From an uncultured Clostridia bacterium (lineage in GTDB: Bacteria; Bacillota; Clostridia; Oscillospirales; CAG-272), in assembly GCA_947625265.1 (NCBI GenBank), contig CANQNM010000002.1:1-53703 (forward strand): a stretch of 53,703 nt of DNA, given 5' to 3'. The notes below the pieces were generated by a model. The model was not told the origin of the DNA. It saw only the letters and a program-made list of their open reading frames with translations, and did no database searches. The translations under genes and the position numbers were made by a program. Below, piece by piece: positions 6,975-16,615 of the stretch (positions are counted from its first letter, which is position 1; every line of letters starts with the position of its first letter).

Positions 6975-8609
6975 ATGACAAATGACTCTATCCGTCGGAC
7001 GTTCCCCGTTTCCCCGTCGGGGTCTGGAACGTCGGACAAAAAGAATTATACCGCAAAAGAAACAGTGCTTGCCTGGCTGTCGCTTTTGGTGGGTTATCTA
7101 TTTTGCAGGACGTTTTTCATCTGGAACAGACCCTTCGTGGGGCTTCTTTTTACCGCGGTGCTGTTCGCCTTCGGCATTGTTTTCTTCGGAAAAACCAAAA
7201 GAAAGGCGAGAAGTTGGTTCTATCCCGTTTCGGCGTTGATTTTGAGTGCCTCATTTTTTTTCACCGGCAGCGAACTTCTGCGATTTTTGGTGTTCTGCTA
7301 TATTCTTTTGGCTTTTCTTATGTTTTGTCAGACGGGAGGAGAAAATGCCCTTGAGAATCATGCGGGACAGTTGTATCTGTTTGAAGCGTTCAAAGCAGCA
7401 TTTGTTTCACCCTTTGAAAGTTTTTTGGCGTGTTTTCGCGTTATTGCGAACAAAAAAGGCGGAAAAAAAGCGGGCAAAACCCTGCTGCTTATCTTGGCGG
7501 GCGCGGCGCTGACCGTGTTCCCCACGATTTTGGTCGCGGCACTTCTTTCCTATGACGACAATTTCAATGACATTCTCACAAAAATTTACGATGTTCTCTG
7601 GCAGGACGTGGCGGGAAGAATTTGGTCGCTGATTTTTGGTATACCCGTGAGCATGTACGTGTTCGGAGCGCTCTGCACCTCTAAAATTCCCAAAGACGAC
7701 GGATTTAACGGAAAAATCTGTGAGAAATTGGAGGGATCGGTCAAGATTCTCCCTTCCATTGTGGGCGTGGTGGTGCTTATCCCGTTGATCTTTCTGTACG
7801 CGGTGTTTATCATCGCGCAGCGCGGATACTATCAGGATGTTTTTTCGGGAAATCTTCCCCCGGCGCACACCTATGCTTCTTTTTCTCACGACGGATTTTT
7901 CAGACTTTGCGCTGTGGCAGAAATCAACGCCCTTGTGCTCATTTTTCTGCGAATTTTTACAAAAAAGAACGCAAAAGGTCATATTTCTTTGACGGTGCGT
8001 GTATCCACGGTGATTCTGTCACTCTTTACGCTGGTTCTTTGCGCCACCGCGCTTTCTCAGATGCTGATGTATGTTTCGGTGTACGGCCTGACACGTCTGC
8101 GGCTGTATACGCTTTGGTTTATCGGGCTTTTGGCGCTGCTGTTTCTTGTGGCCATTCTCTCGCAGGTTATCCGTAAATTGCCCTTTGCCGCGATTTGCCT
8201 GACGGTGTTTTCGTTGGCTCTCGGTGCGCTGACGCTTCCCGATACCGATGCGCTCATTGCCACGCACAACTACAATTGCTACATGGCAATGGAACAGGAG
8301 GACGGTTCGGAGTCGAAACTGGACATGGAGTACATGGAAACTCTCGGAAAATCGGCTATTCCCACTGTTGCACGGTTGGCGGACAGTTCGGATGAAGACG
8401 TGGCAAGGGCGGCCCGACTGATTCTCGGCTCTTACGCTCTGAGAGACTACGGATACGGTTTTTACGATCTGAATTTGCCGGCTATCAGAGCAAAGATCGC
8501 CTACGACCGTCTGCCGGAAAGCATCAGGAATGACTGTGTCCGATTGGCCATGGAGAACGCTTCGGATGACGAAGAGAGTGTGCTGGAAAGTGTGGAGAGT
8601 GCGCCGTGA
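6975..8609 (+). CDS. Polytopic membrane protein (DUF4153/DUF4173-like), function unknown
   Basis: 544-aa ORF with more than 10 hydrophobic segments and a soluble acidic C-terminal region. The family name is from memory only. Confidence 0.7.
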   Translation: MTNDSIRRTFPVSPSGSGTSDKKNYTAKETVLAWLSLLVGYLFCRTFFIWNRPFVGLLFTAVLFAFGIVFFGKTKRKARSWFYPVSALILSASFFFTGSELLRFLVFCYILLAFLMFCQTGGENALENHAGQLYLFEAFKAAFVSPFESFLACFRVIANKKGGKKAGKTLLLILAGAALTVFPTILVAALLSYDDNFNDILTKIYDVLWQDVAGRIWSLIFGIPVSMYVFGALCTSKIPKDDGFNGKICEKLEGSVKILPSIVGVVVLIPLIFLYAVFIIAQRGYYQDVFSGNLPPAHTYASFSHDGFFRLCAVAEINALVLIFLRIFTKKNAKGHISLTVRVSTVILSLFTLVLCATALSQMLMYVSVYGLTRLRLYTLWFIGLLALLFLVAILSQVIRKLPFAAICLTVFSLALGALTLPDTDALIATHNYNCYMAMEQEDGSESKLDMEYMETLGKSAIPTVARLADSSDEDVARAARLILGSYALRDYGYGFYDLNLPAIRAKIAYDRLPESIRNDCVRLAMENASDDEESVLESVESAP

Positions 8610-8636
8610 AATGAGGGGAGTGTACCGAAAAATGGA

Positions 8637-8724
8637 CGGCATCCCCGGCATCCCCGATGTGTCCGGCATCCCCGATGTGCCCGGCATCCCCGGTATATCC
8701 GATATTCCTGACATACCCGTATCG
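8637..8724. repeat. 18-bp tandem array (about 4.5 units, CGGCATCCCCGATGTGYC)
   Basis: Units at 8646, 8664, 8682 and 8700, with partial units on each side. Intergenic, between convergent genes. Confidence 0.85.
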
Positions 8725-8837
8725 TGAATTGATGTGGAACCGCCCGAAAAACTTCAAGCGGTCCATGGAAAGGATTGAACGGCCTGCACGGTATTCCGCA
8801 CGGCGACTTTTCCCAAAACAAAAACTTCGTTCGATTG

Positions 8838-8878
8838 CCGGAGGGCTGCCGCGAAATTATTTCGCGGCAGCCCTCCGG
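8838..8878. terminator. Long perfect hairpin, likely bidirectional terminator between convergent genes
   Basis: CCGGAGGGCTGCCGCGAA-attat-TTCGCGGCAGCCCTCCGG (18-bp stem), 20 nt past the stop of the minus-strand flavodiiron gene. Confidence 0.6.
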
Positions 8879-8898
8879 AGATATTCGCGAAGTTTCTG

Positions 8899-10695
8899 TC
8901 AATGAATGGGTTCAAAATCGGCGGCGCCATGTTTGCACAGGGGACAGATGAAATCTTCGGGCAGTTCCTCTCCTTCGTAAACGTATCCGCAGATCTTGCA
9001 TACATAGCCTTTCTTTCCTTCAGTCTGGGGTTTGGGCTTGACGTTGTTCTGGTAGTATGTGTAAGTCATGGTTTCTGCGGAGGAGATGACGCGGGCCTCT
9101 GTGATGCTGCAAATAAACATGCCGTGAGTGTCCAGATCCACGTATTGTTCCACCTTCAGGGACAGGAAGGAGTTGATATAGCGCGGGAGGAATGCTAGCC
9201 CGTTGTCGGAGCGCAGAGGTGTGCAGTTTGCAAATTTATCGGCGTTGCGGCCGCTTTGGAAACCGAAAGTTTCAAAGACTTGGAAGGGCGCTTCGGTTGA
9301 CAGGCAATTGACGTTCATCACGCCGGTTTGTTTGATCACGTGGTGAGAGTAGTTTTGTTTGTTGATGGTGACGGCCACCCGATTGGGGGTATTGGTTACC
9401 TGGGAGACGGTGTTGACAATCAATCCGTTGTCCTTCTTGCCATCGTTACAGGTGACTACATACAGGCCATATCCAATGTTGAAAAGGGCTGTGAGGTCAT
9501 TTTTATTTGCCGTTTCACTGCGCTGTTCCACATACTCATGGCAGAGTTCTGCCGCAAGCGCCTCCAATTGAGCGCTGCTTTCTTCATTCAGCGCCGATTT
9601 GATGTGTACGATGTTTTCAGCATAGGTGAGGTTTTTGCAGTCCTTAAGCAGTTCTTTCATGACCTTTGCGGCGAGGGGCGCCCAGGTTCCGTTTTCGACG
9701 AACGCTACCGTGCGATTTTGGAAGTTTCTCTCGGTGAGGCGGCAGATGAAATCCCTCATGAACGGGAAAATATCGGCGTTGTAGGTGGTGGTTGCCAAGA
9801 CCAGTTTTCCGTAGCGGAAAGCGTCTTCCACTGCCTCCGCCATGTCGCAGCGAGCAAGATCGGTCACAACCACTTTGGGGCATCCCCCGGCGCGGAGTTT
9901 GTCAGCAAGAGAAAGCACGGCCTTTTTGGTGTTCCCGTAAACCGAGGTATAGGCGATGACGACCCCTTCGCTTTCCACCGTGTAAGAGGACCAGATATTG
10001 TAAAGGTTTATATAGTATCCAAGATTTTCTATGAGAACCGGTCCGTGCAGGGGGCAGATCTTTTCAATGTCCAGACTTGCCGCCTTTTTTAACAGCGATT
10101 GTACCTGAGCGCCGTACTTGCCCACGATGCCGATGTAGTATCTGCGTGCTTCGCATGCCCAGTCCTCCTGTGCGTCAAGCGCGCCGAATTTGCCGAACCC
10201 ATCCGCCGAGAAGAGCACCTTGTCCGCATGGTCATAGGTGACCAGCACTTCTGGCCAGTGAACCATGGGCGCGGTATAGAATGTCAGTGTGTGTTTGCCC
10301 AACGGCAGCGTGTCGCCTTCCTTGACAACGATGGCGCGCTGTGAAAAATCTTTACCGAAAAACTGCTTCATCATTGCAAGTGCCTTGCTGCTTGTGACTA
10401 CCTGCGTGTGCGGGTATGTTTCGAGGAAACGGGCGATATTCGCCGAATGATCCGGTTCCATATGCTGAACCACAAGGAAGTCAGGCTTTCTTCCGCTGGG
10501 AGCAAGGGCGAATTGGATGTTGTCCAACCACTCATGGGTGAAACGGGCGTCTACCGTGTCCATAACGGCGATCTTTTCATCCAGAATCAAATAGGAATTG
10601 TATGCCATGCCATTGGGCACGGCATACTGTCCTTCAAACAGGTCGATGTCCCTGTCATTTACTCCAATGTATAGAATGTCTTCGCTTATTTTCAT
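8899..10695 (-). CDS. Multidomain flavodiiron protein (metallo-beta-lactamase-like + flavodoxin + flavin-reductase-like + C-terminal rubredoxin)
   Basis: 598 aa. Di-iron motif HMEPDHS, a flavodoxin-like middle, a flavin-reductase-like segment and a rubredoxin end CKICGYVY...CPLCKH. Confidence 0.85.
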   Translation of the reverse strand: MKISEDILYIGVNDRDIDLFEGQYAVPNGMAYNSYLILDEKIAVMDTVDARFTHEWLDNIQFALAPSGRKPDFLVVQHMEPDHSANIARFLETYPHTQVVTSSKALAMMKQFFGKDFSQRAIVVKEGDTLPLGKHTLTFYTAPMVHWPEVLVTYDHADKVLFSADGFGKFGALDAQEDWACEARRYYIGIVGKYGAQVQSLLKKAASLDIEKICPLHGPVLIENLGYYINLYNIWSSYTVESEGVVIAYTSVYGNTKKAVLSLADKLRAGGCPKVVVTDLARCDMAEAVEDAFRYGKLVLATTTYNADIFPFMRDFICRLTERNFQNRTVAFVENGTWAPLAAKVMKELLKDCKNLTYAENIVHIKSALNEESSAQLEALAAELCHEYVEQRSETANKNDLTALFNIGYGLYVVTCNDGKKDNGLIVNTVSQVTNTPNRVAVTINKQNYSHHVIKQTGVMNVNCLSTEAPFQVFETFGFQSGRNADKFANCTPLRSDNGLAFLPRYINSFLSLKVEQYVDLDTHGMFICSITEARVISSAETMTYTYYQNNVKPKPQTEGKKGYVCKICGYVYEGEELPEDFICPLCKHGAADFEPIH

Positions 10696-10785
10696 GTTTG
10701 TTTTACCGTTCCTTTCCTGATTTTTGTTTTTTATCTGTACTGTATCTGTGTGTGCAAATTATATGTTATGTGTGATTTCGCCGAT

Positions 10786-12525
10786 TCATTCACCTGCTGG
10801 GAGAACCTTGTCGGTGGTGGTTACTTTTTGTCTTTGGGCAAAAACATACACTGCCGTGAGAAGCGGAATGGAATAGATCATTGGGAAGGCATAGCGCAGT
10901 TGATACATGATTACCGGGGCGAAAATGCACATTCCAACTGTCAGAAGCGCGGGAGCAAGAGCAAGTCCCATGCCCTTCAGTTTGTAATGGTGTGAAAGCG
11001 TCCAGAGCAGCAAAAGAAAGAGAGTCAGAAAACCGGGATTGGAGAGCGTGCCCACGATGGGCAGATTGTGCAGAATCGTATAGAACCGGGTCATCTCCGA
11101 ACGGGCGCGGTCAAAGACGGCAAGCCCGTGCAGATTGGAGGTTTCCACAATGGACGGTTCCAACGGATTGTGCGTGTTCACGCTTGGGTAGTATTTTATA
11201 TTGTTGATTTTGGGATAGAACAGACTGTAACTCTGGCTTGCCGTCGCTTCAATGTAGGTAATGGGATGGCGGAAAAACTGTTTGACCCATACACCGAAAT
11301 ATGCCGCCAGATCTGAAAGTGAGGAGTCCTTTTTGAAGGTGTCTTTCACAGGGTCGAAGATCCGGGGATTGTAAAGATCTCCTAAACGGTCGTAGTCTAG
11401 AATCCGGTCGATGATCTGCGCTTCTTTCAAAGTCACGTCCTCCGGATGATCCCGCACGTAGCGCGCCGTTTGCTGAAAGGGAAAGGCTAGCGATTCGCCG
11501 ATGCTTGTACTTTTGGGGTGAATGGTCAGTTCTATCGCCACTTCCGCGCCTGCGATGATGGCAAGAGTCATACAAAGCGCGCATGCCCGCCGAATGGCAC
11601 GGAGGGGTACTTTGCGGTTCTGAAAAAGCGTACGCCCCGCCATATAGAGTGACAGGGGGATCACGGTAATGAGTCCGTTGTGGCGCAAAAGCGGCAGGGA
11701 AAGGTAGCCGATGATATTGGGTGTGAGGACATAGAATCCGAAAGACACGAAAAGAAGCCATGAGGGACTGTTCATTCTCACCATGAGCAGCAGCGTGTAG
11801 GAGAAGACCGCCGCAAGCAGTAAAGTCTGTAGCAGAACGGCGGTAAATAGCCCCAGATTTGCCGAGGAGAAAAGCAGGCCAAAATCAAAACACAGGCCGA
11901 GAAGCAGCGTATGCAGCGGGGGATGGGCAGAGGAAAAGTCGATATAGCCGAAATATTGAGCAAGTTGGTTGTAGTTGTCATAGCACATTGTCCCGGGGAA
12001 TTTTAAGATCAGTTGTGGTGACCAGCAAACAATCAGTGCGATGAAGAAGAAGAAAAAGGGATGTTTTCGCCCCAACCGACATGCGCCGGGCGTGGCGCAA
12101 GAAAAGCGGCGTAGAAGGAAGTGGAGCCATCGCGCGCATACAAGGGCGAAAAGAAAATAACAGGCAAAAAGGCAGACGCTTTTAAAAGTCTGTCTTAAAG
12201 GGTTCCAAAGAGCGGACAGTCCATTTTCGGCCGCACACGCGTCGCCAAAAACAAAAGAAACAGCGCAAAACGCCGCGAAGATTCGTTCACCGGAAAATTT
12301 TCCCTGCGAAAATTTTTCAAAGAAAAAAATACGGGAATACATGAAATAAAGTCCTATAAAGACAAAAGTCATTTGGAGACCGCGGTCTTTCACGGCGTTT
12401 AAAAGCCAGGTAAAAATGTCGCTCCTGTCAGAAATATTCGCAAAAAAGAGCACGGCGGAAACTGCCGCCGCAAGAACGATGCCCGTATATGCCAAATACC
12501 GACAGGAAATTTGTTTCTTCATCAT
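10786..12525 (-). CDS. Large polytopic membrane protein, function unknown (possibly glycosyltransferase-like/DUF6020-like)
   Basis: 579-aa ORF with more than 10 TM segments, downstream of pssA on the same strand. Family assignment is uncertain. Confidence 0.65.
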   Translation of the reverse strand: MMKKQISCRYLAYTGIVLAAAVSAVLFFANISDRSDIFTWLLNAVKDRGLQMTFVFIGLYFMYSRIFFFEKFSQGKFSGERIFAAFCAVSFVFGDACAAENGLSALWNPLRQTFKSVCLFACYFLFALVCARWLHFLLRRFSCATPGACRLGRKHPFFFFFIALIVCWSPQLILKFPGTMCYDNYNQLAQYFGYIDFSSAHPPLHTLLLGLCFDFGLLFSSANLGLFTAVLLQTLLLAAVFSYTLLLMVRMNSPSWLLFVSFGFYVLTPNIIGYLSLPLLRHNGLITVIPLSLYMAGRTLFQNRKVPLRAIRRACALCMTLAIIAGAEVAIELTIHPKSTSIGESLAFPFQQTARYVRDHPEDVTLKEAQIIDRILDYDRLGDLYNPRIFDPVKDTFKKDSSLSDLAAYFGVWVKQFFRHPITYIEATASQSYSLFYPKINNIKYYPSVNTHNPLEPSIVETSNLHGLAVFDRARSEMTRFYTILHNLPIVGTLSNPGFLTLFLLLLWTLSHHYKLKGMGLALAPALLTVGMCIFAPVIMYQLRYAFPMIYSIPLLTAVYVFAQRQKVTTTDKVLPAGE

Positions 12526-12699
12526 GTATGTCTCCTTCCATTCATGAAATTCTCTAGCAGGACTTCGAATTTTATGAACTGCTCAAAGCGTCGGGGCTGA
12601 AATCCTCCGAAATGCGAAAAACGTTTGAAAGAGAAGAAAAATTTTTTAAAGCCCAATTCCATATGAATTGGGCGTCGCTTGCGCTGTCGGGGAGAACGG

Positions 12700-13395
12700 T
12701 CAACCTGCTTTTCCGGTGATGAAGAGAACGCATATTGCGACAATCGCGGCCAGACCGATGAACAGCGGTATGAGCATTTTCTTTCCGTGTACTTTCATGA
12801 TTTTAAATCCCTTAAAGAGAAAACCGAAGGAGAAGAAGATCAGTTCACAGCAATAAAAGATCAGATATCCCACAGCCCATTTGTCGGCGGTTGCTCTGCT
12901 GCCGAAGACCTCAAAAGCGGCCTTGTATAGAGCAAGAAAGAAAGGAATGGCAACCGAAACGGTCGTGACGGGAATGCCGTTGTAGGATTTTCGCACTCCG
13001 GTTTCTTCTTTTTGGCGGTGTTCCTCTGAGATGTTGAAATATGCGAGACGGATCAGACCCGCTAAAACGAGCATGCAGCCGATGGGCGCGCACCAGAGTG
13101 GATTGATTTCAGGGAGCGTATGTTTTGCAAGAGAAAGAAGAATGGCGGCAGGAAGGACGCAGAAACATACAAGATCTGATAAGGAATCTATCTGAATACC
13201 GAATTTTTTCATGTCTTCGGTGCGATTCTTTTTGGTGCCGGCCACTTTACCGTCAAAAAGATCAAAAAAGCCGCTGAGTGCGAGACAGAGGATGGCAGCA
13301 AGTTCATTATTGCACGCGGCGCACATGATTCCTGTCACTCCCGAAACCAGTCCAAGGTATGTCAGCCATGTCGTATAGTTGTAGAAACCTAACAC
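12700..13395 (-). CDS. pssA: CDP-alcohol phosphatidyltransferase, phosphatidylserine-synthase-like
   Basis: Motif DLFDGKVAG...GIQIDSLSDLVCF fits D-x2-DG-x2-AR...G-x3-D-x3-D. 231 aa, multi-TM. Confidence 0.75.
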   Translation of the reverse strand: MLGFYNYTTWLTYLGLVSGVTGIMCAACNNELAAILCLALSGFFDLFDGKVAGTKKNRTEDMKKFGIQIDSLSDLVCFCVLPAAILLSLAKHTLPEINPLWCAPIGCMLVLAGLIRLAYFNISEEHRQKEETGVRKSYNGIPVTTVSVAIPFFLALYKAAFEVFGSRATADKWAVGYLIFYCCELIFFSFGFLFKGFKIMKVHGKKMLIPLFIGLAAIVAICVLFITGKAG

Positions 13396-13586
13396 AAATT
13401 CACCACCCTGTATCGCTATACGGAATATTTTCTGTTCGTTTTATATAGTTCCGCGCGCATTCACGCCGCACGCTTCCGTATCGCGTGCACCCACAAAAAC
13501 AAGTGTACCACATTTTCTGTCGAAATGCAAGGGTTCTTTCATATTTTGTGCACGTCCGCGATGTTTTCTTTTTTGAAGGAAACCTG

Positions 13587-13615
13587 TTGAAATCCCTTTG
13601 GAAATGTGATACAAT
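13587..13615 (+). promoter_or_regulatory. Promoter of the MBOAT-DHHW operon
   Basis: TTGAAA, 17 nt, TGa-TACAAT, about 70 nt upstream of ATG 13687. Confidence 0.55.
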
Positions 13616-13686
13616 ACACCGGAACGCGGCACAATATTTCGGGGCTCGCGTTTTAGGAAGAGAGAAATACAGAAAGGGGGAAAGAT

Positions 13687-15108
13687 ATGGTTTTTTCAAG
13701 TCTTGAGTTCTTGTTCTTCTTTTTGCCCCTGACCACTCTTTTGTATTTTGCGGTGCCGGCGAGGTACATCAGGGCACGCAACGTCGTTCTGCTGCTGTTC
13801 AGTCTGGTGTTTTACGGCTGGGGCGAACCGTTATATGTGTTCATCATGGTTGCCTCTGTGATTTTCTCGTATTTTTTCGGTTTCATGGTGGAGAAATGCA
13901 AACACGGCGGCAACAAAAAGGGCGCAAAAGGTTTTTTGATTCTCGCAGTGTTCGTAAACCTTGGGTTGCTGGGATTCTTTAAATACACTGATTTTCTTAT
14001 ATCACTCCTCAATTTTTTGCCGGGTGTTTCCCTGAAACCCTTGGGCATAGAACTTCCGGTGGGAATTTCTTTTTATACATTCCAGATTCTATCATACGTT
14101 ATCGACGTTTACAAAGGTGACACGGCGGCTCAGAAAAACGTGCTGTCTCTGGGAACCTATGTGACGCTTTTTCCCCAACTGATCGCCGGGCCCATTGTGC
14201 GTTATAGGGATGTGGACGATCAACTGTCCGGGAGATCGCACAGCCTGATGCTCTTTTCCTCCGGTGTACGCACTTTTGTTTCGGGCTTAGGAAAAAAGGT
14301 CCTTCTTGCCAACGCCGCGGGTTCCGCTTTTGACGCGCTTGTCGCCCTCCCCGAAGGACGGCGAACGGTACTTGGCGCATGGCTGGGAATTCTTTTTTTT
14401 ACCTTTCAGATTTATTTCGACTTTTCCGGGTATTCCGACATGGCCATAGGGCTGGGAAAAATGTTCGGTTTCCGTTTTCTTGAAAACTTCAACTATCCCT
14501 ACATCTCACGCAGTGTTACGGAATTCTGGAGGAGATGGCACATTTCCCTGTCTACATGGTTTAAGGAGTATGTTTATATTCCCTTGGGCGGCAGCAGGGT
14601 GGACAAGCGGTGGAAACTTTACAGGAATCTGCTGATTGTTTGGTTTCTTACCGGACTATGGCATGGCGCGAGTTGGAATTTTATCCTTTGGGGGCTTCTC
14701 TTTTTTGTTTTCCTTGTCATGGAAAAGACATTCCTTTTAAAAGCCCTGAACAAAGCGCCCGCTTTTGTGGGGCATGTGTACACCATGACGGTAGTGATTT
14801 TCGGTTGGGTGCTTTTCAATTTTACCAATCTGCGCGAGGGACTTTCTTGGGCCGGCAACATGCTGGGCGTGGGTGTCTATGCCTTTGCGGATAAATATGT
14901 ATTTTCCCTTTTCTTGAGAAATATACTGCTGATTGCCGCGCTCACTATAGGCAGCACGCCTTTGCCCAAAAAACTTTACAGGAAGTGCGTTGAAAGGGGG
15001 AAGAGTTTTCGCATCGTATGGACGTTCCTTTCGGCGTTGCTTCTGGCGCTGTGTGTGGCCTCTATCGTCGGTTCGGATTTCAATCCCTTTTTGTACTACA
15101 GGTTTTAA
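13687..15108 (+). CDS. MBOAT family O-acyltransferase (AlgI/DltB-like)
   Basis: 473 aa, N-terminus MVFSSLEFLFFFLP..., WRRWHISLS..W and the conserved His region typical of AlgI/DltB. Confidence 0.9.
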   Translation: MVFSSLEFLFFFLPLTTLLYFAVPARYIRARNVVLLLFSLVFYGWGEPLYVFIMVASVIFSYFFGFMVEKCKHGGNKKGAKGFLILAVFVNLGLLGFFKYTDFLISLLNFLPGVSLKPLGIELPVGISFYTFQILSYVIDVYKGDTAAQKNVLSLGTYVTLFPQLIAGPIVRYRDVDDQLSGRSHSLMLFSSGVRTFVSGLGKKVLLANAAGSAFDALVALPEGRRTVLGAWLGILFFTFQIYFDFSGYSDMAIGLGKMFGFRFLENFNYPYISRSVTEFWRRWHISLSTWFKEYVYIPLGGSRVDKRWKLYRNLLIVWFLTGLWHGASWNFILWGLLFFVFLVMEKTFLLKALNKAPAFVGHVYTMTVVIFGWVLFNFTNLREGLSWAGNMLGVGVYAFADKYVFSLFLRNILLIAALTIGSTPLPKKLYRKCVERGKSFRIVWTFLSALLLALCVASIVGSDFNPFLYYRF

Positions 15109-15227
15109 GACGGAGTGTTGCGCAGGGGCGACCTTTGGATGTCCGGAGAATTCTTTGGATGTTTTTTGGAACGGCTCTTTTGAAACCTTATTTTAAATGT
15201 TTTTCAGAGGAAGGAGCATTTCTTAAA

Positions 15228-16418
15228 ATGGCGAATAAAAACGGCGCGGATGCCATTGTTGAGGAATACCTCAGGATCGATAAGAAAATTTTTAGCAGGG
15301 CAGAGAATCTGCTCACCGTTTTACTGTTCCTTGGATTTCTTTTCGGATTTCTTGTGCTCTTCATTCTGACGCCCGATAGGGAGTACAGCAAAACCGAAAA
15401 CAAAGAATTGCAAACCGTACCGAAATTCAGTTTTTCGGAACTTTTTGAAGGGACGTATACAGACAACACTGTGGACTATATCAAAGATCAGTTTCCCGCC
15501 AAGGATCTGTTCGTGGAATTGAACGCCGCATACAGCATTGTCATGGGTCAGTTGGGAAACAACGGAGTCATTCTTGGCAAAGACGGCTATTTGCTCACCG
15601 AGGAAAACCACGCCTCCTCCCAGGGAATAGAGCAGCTGCACAGATATGAAAACTTAATTGACAGCCTCTCTTTGAATATTCCGACGGTTGTGGCGGTAGC
15701 GGGAAAGGGCTCGCAGGTTTTGACCGATAAACTGCCTGTCATTTTTTCCACAGACGCGTCGGAGCACAACCGTCTGCTGGTGAAAAACACCTTTGAAGAC
15801 AAGGACTATTTATTTTTGGATCTGGCGGAAATTCTTTCGGACCGCAGATCGGAAGAAATATACTACCGTACCGACCACCATTGGACGTCTCTGGGAGCCT
15901 TCTATGGGAGCGCCGCGATTCTGCAGTCTTTGAACAAGCCGACAGGGAAACTTGAGGATTATTTTGTGGAGACGGCCACCGACAACTTCAGGGGAACGGT
16001 TTTTAACCGTTCGGGAATGTTTTGGAAAAAGGGGGAGAAGATCCAATTTTTCCGATATGAGGGGGACGATCGGTATACCGTGTCCTTTTGCTCCTCGTCC
16101 GGGGAAGTGCTTGAGGTTTCCAATAGTCTGTACAACCGCTCCTGCCTTACGCAGGACTATCACGGTACGGCATATGATTCCTTTGTCGCGCCTGTTTCCA
16201 CGCCGGTGGTGCGCATTGAGAAAGAAGGACAGGAAAGGGAAACTCTCCTTGTGCTGAAAGACAGTTTCGCACACAGTGCTCTGCCGTTTCTTGCAAGAGA
16301 GTACAACATTGTCACGGTGGATATACGCTCCAACGCGGGATATGCCGCAAAACTAATTGAAGAGGGCAGTGTTGATGCGCTCCTGGTGCTTGTCAACAGC
16401 GACACATTGCTTGGATGA
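15228..16418 (+). CDS. DHHW family protein (AlgJ/AlgX/DltD-like partner of MBOAT)
   Basis: Literal motif YYRTDHHWTSLGAFYG. N-terminal TM anchor. GGAAGGAG RBS before ATG 15228 (the ORF is open from 15018). Confidence 0.85.
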   Translation: MANKNGADAIVEEYLRIDKKIFSRAENLLTVLLFLGFLFGFLVLFILTPDREYSKTENKELQTVPKFSFSELFEGTYTDNTVDYIKDQFPAKDLFVELNAAYSIVMGQLGNNGVILGKDGYLLTEENHASSQGIEQLHRYENLIDSLSLNIPTVVAVAGKGSQVLTDKLPVIFSTDASEHNRLLVKNTFEDKDYLFLDLAEILSDRRSEEIYYRTDHHWTSLGAFYGSAAILQSLNKPTGKLEDYFVETATDNFRGTVFNRSGMFWKKGEKIQFFRYEGDDRYTVSFCSSSGEVLEVSNSLYNRSCLTQDYHGTAYDSFVAPVSTPVVRIEKEGQERETLLVLKDSFAHSALPFLAREYNIVTVDIRSNAGYAAKLIEEGSVDALLVLVNSDTLLG

Positions 16419-16554
16419 ATTCTCGGATTTTCGGTCTTGACAAAGTTCGTTAAAACTTTGTGACGGAATCCAAAAACATGCGGGATTGCGGAATCCATGA
16501 AAAACTGTCCGCATCCGTGCCCATGTGTGCGCTGAAAACCTGAATATTCGAAAA

Positions 16555-16590
16555 TCGCCGGAAAAATGTTTCCGGCGATTCTGGTTTTTG
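16555..16590 (+). terminator. Intrinsic terminator after the DHHW gene
   Basis: ATCGCCGGAAA-aatg-TTTCCGGCGAT followed by TCTGGTTTTTGTATTTTG. Confidence 0.7.
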
Positions 16591-16615
16591 TATTTTGTTT
16601 TTACGGTTTTGCTTT

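Noticed and set aside
8501-8902. ORFs with collagen-like or repetitive peptides (GIPGIPDV.., GVLPGVLP.., FPARSIPSEKH..) running through the tandem arrays at 8637-8724, 22002-22114 and 51240-51323.
   Set aside because: They are open in several frames and on both strands only because the repeat unit has no stop codons. The 16-bp array is not a multiple of 3. None has an RBS.
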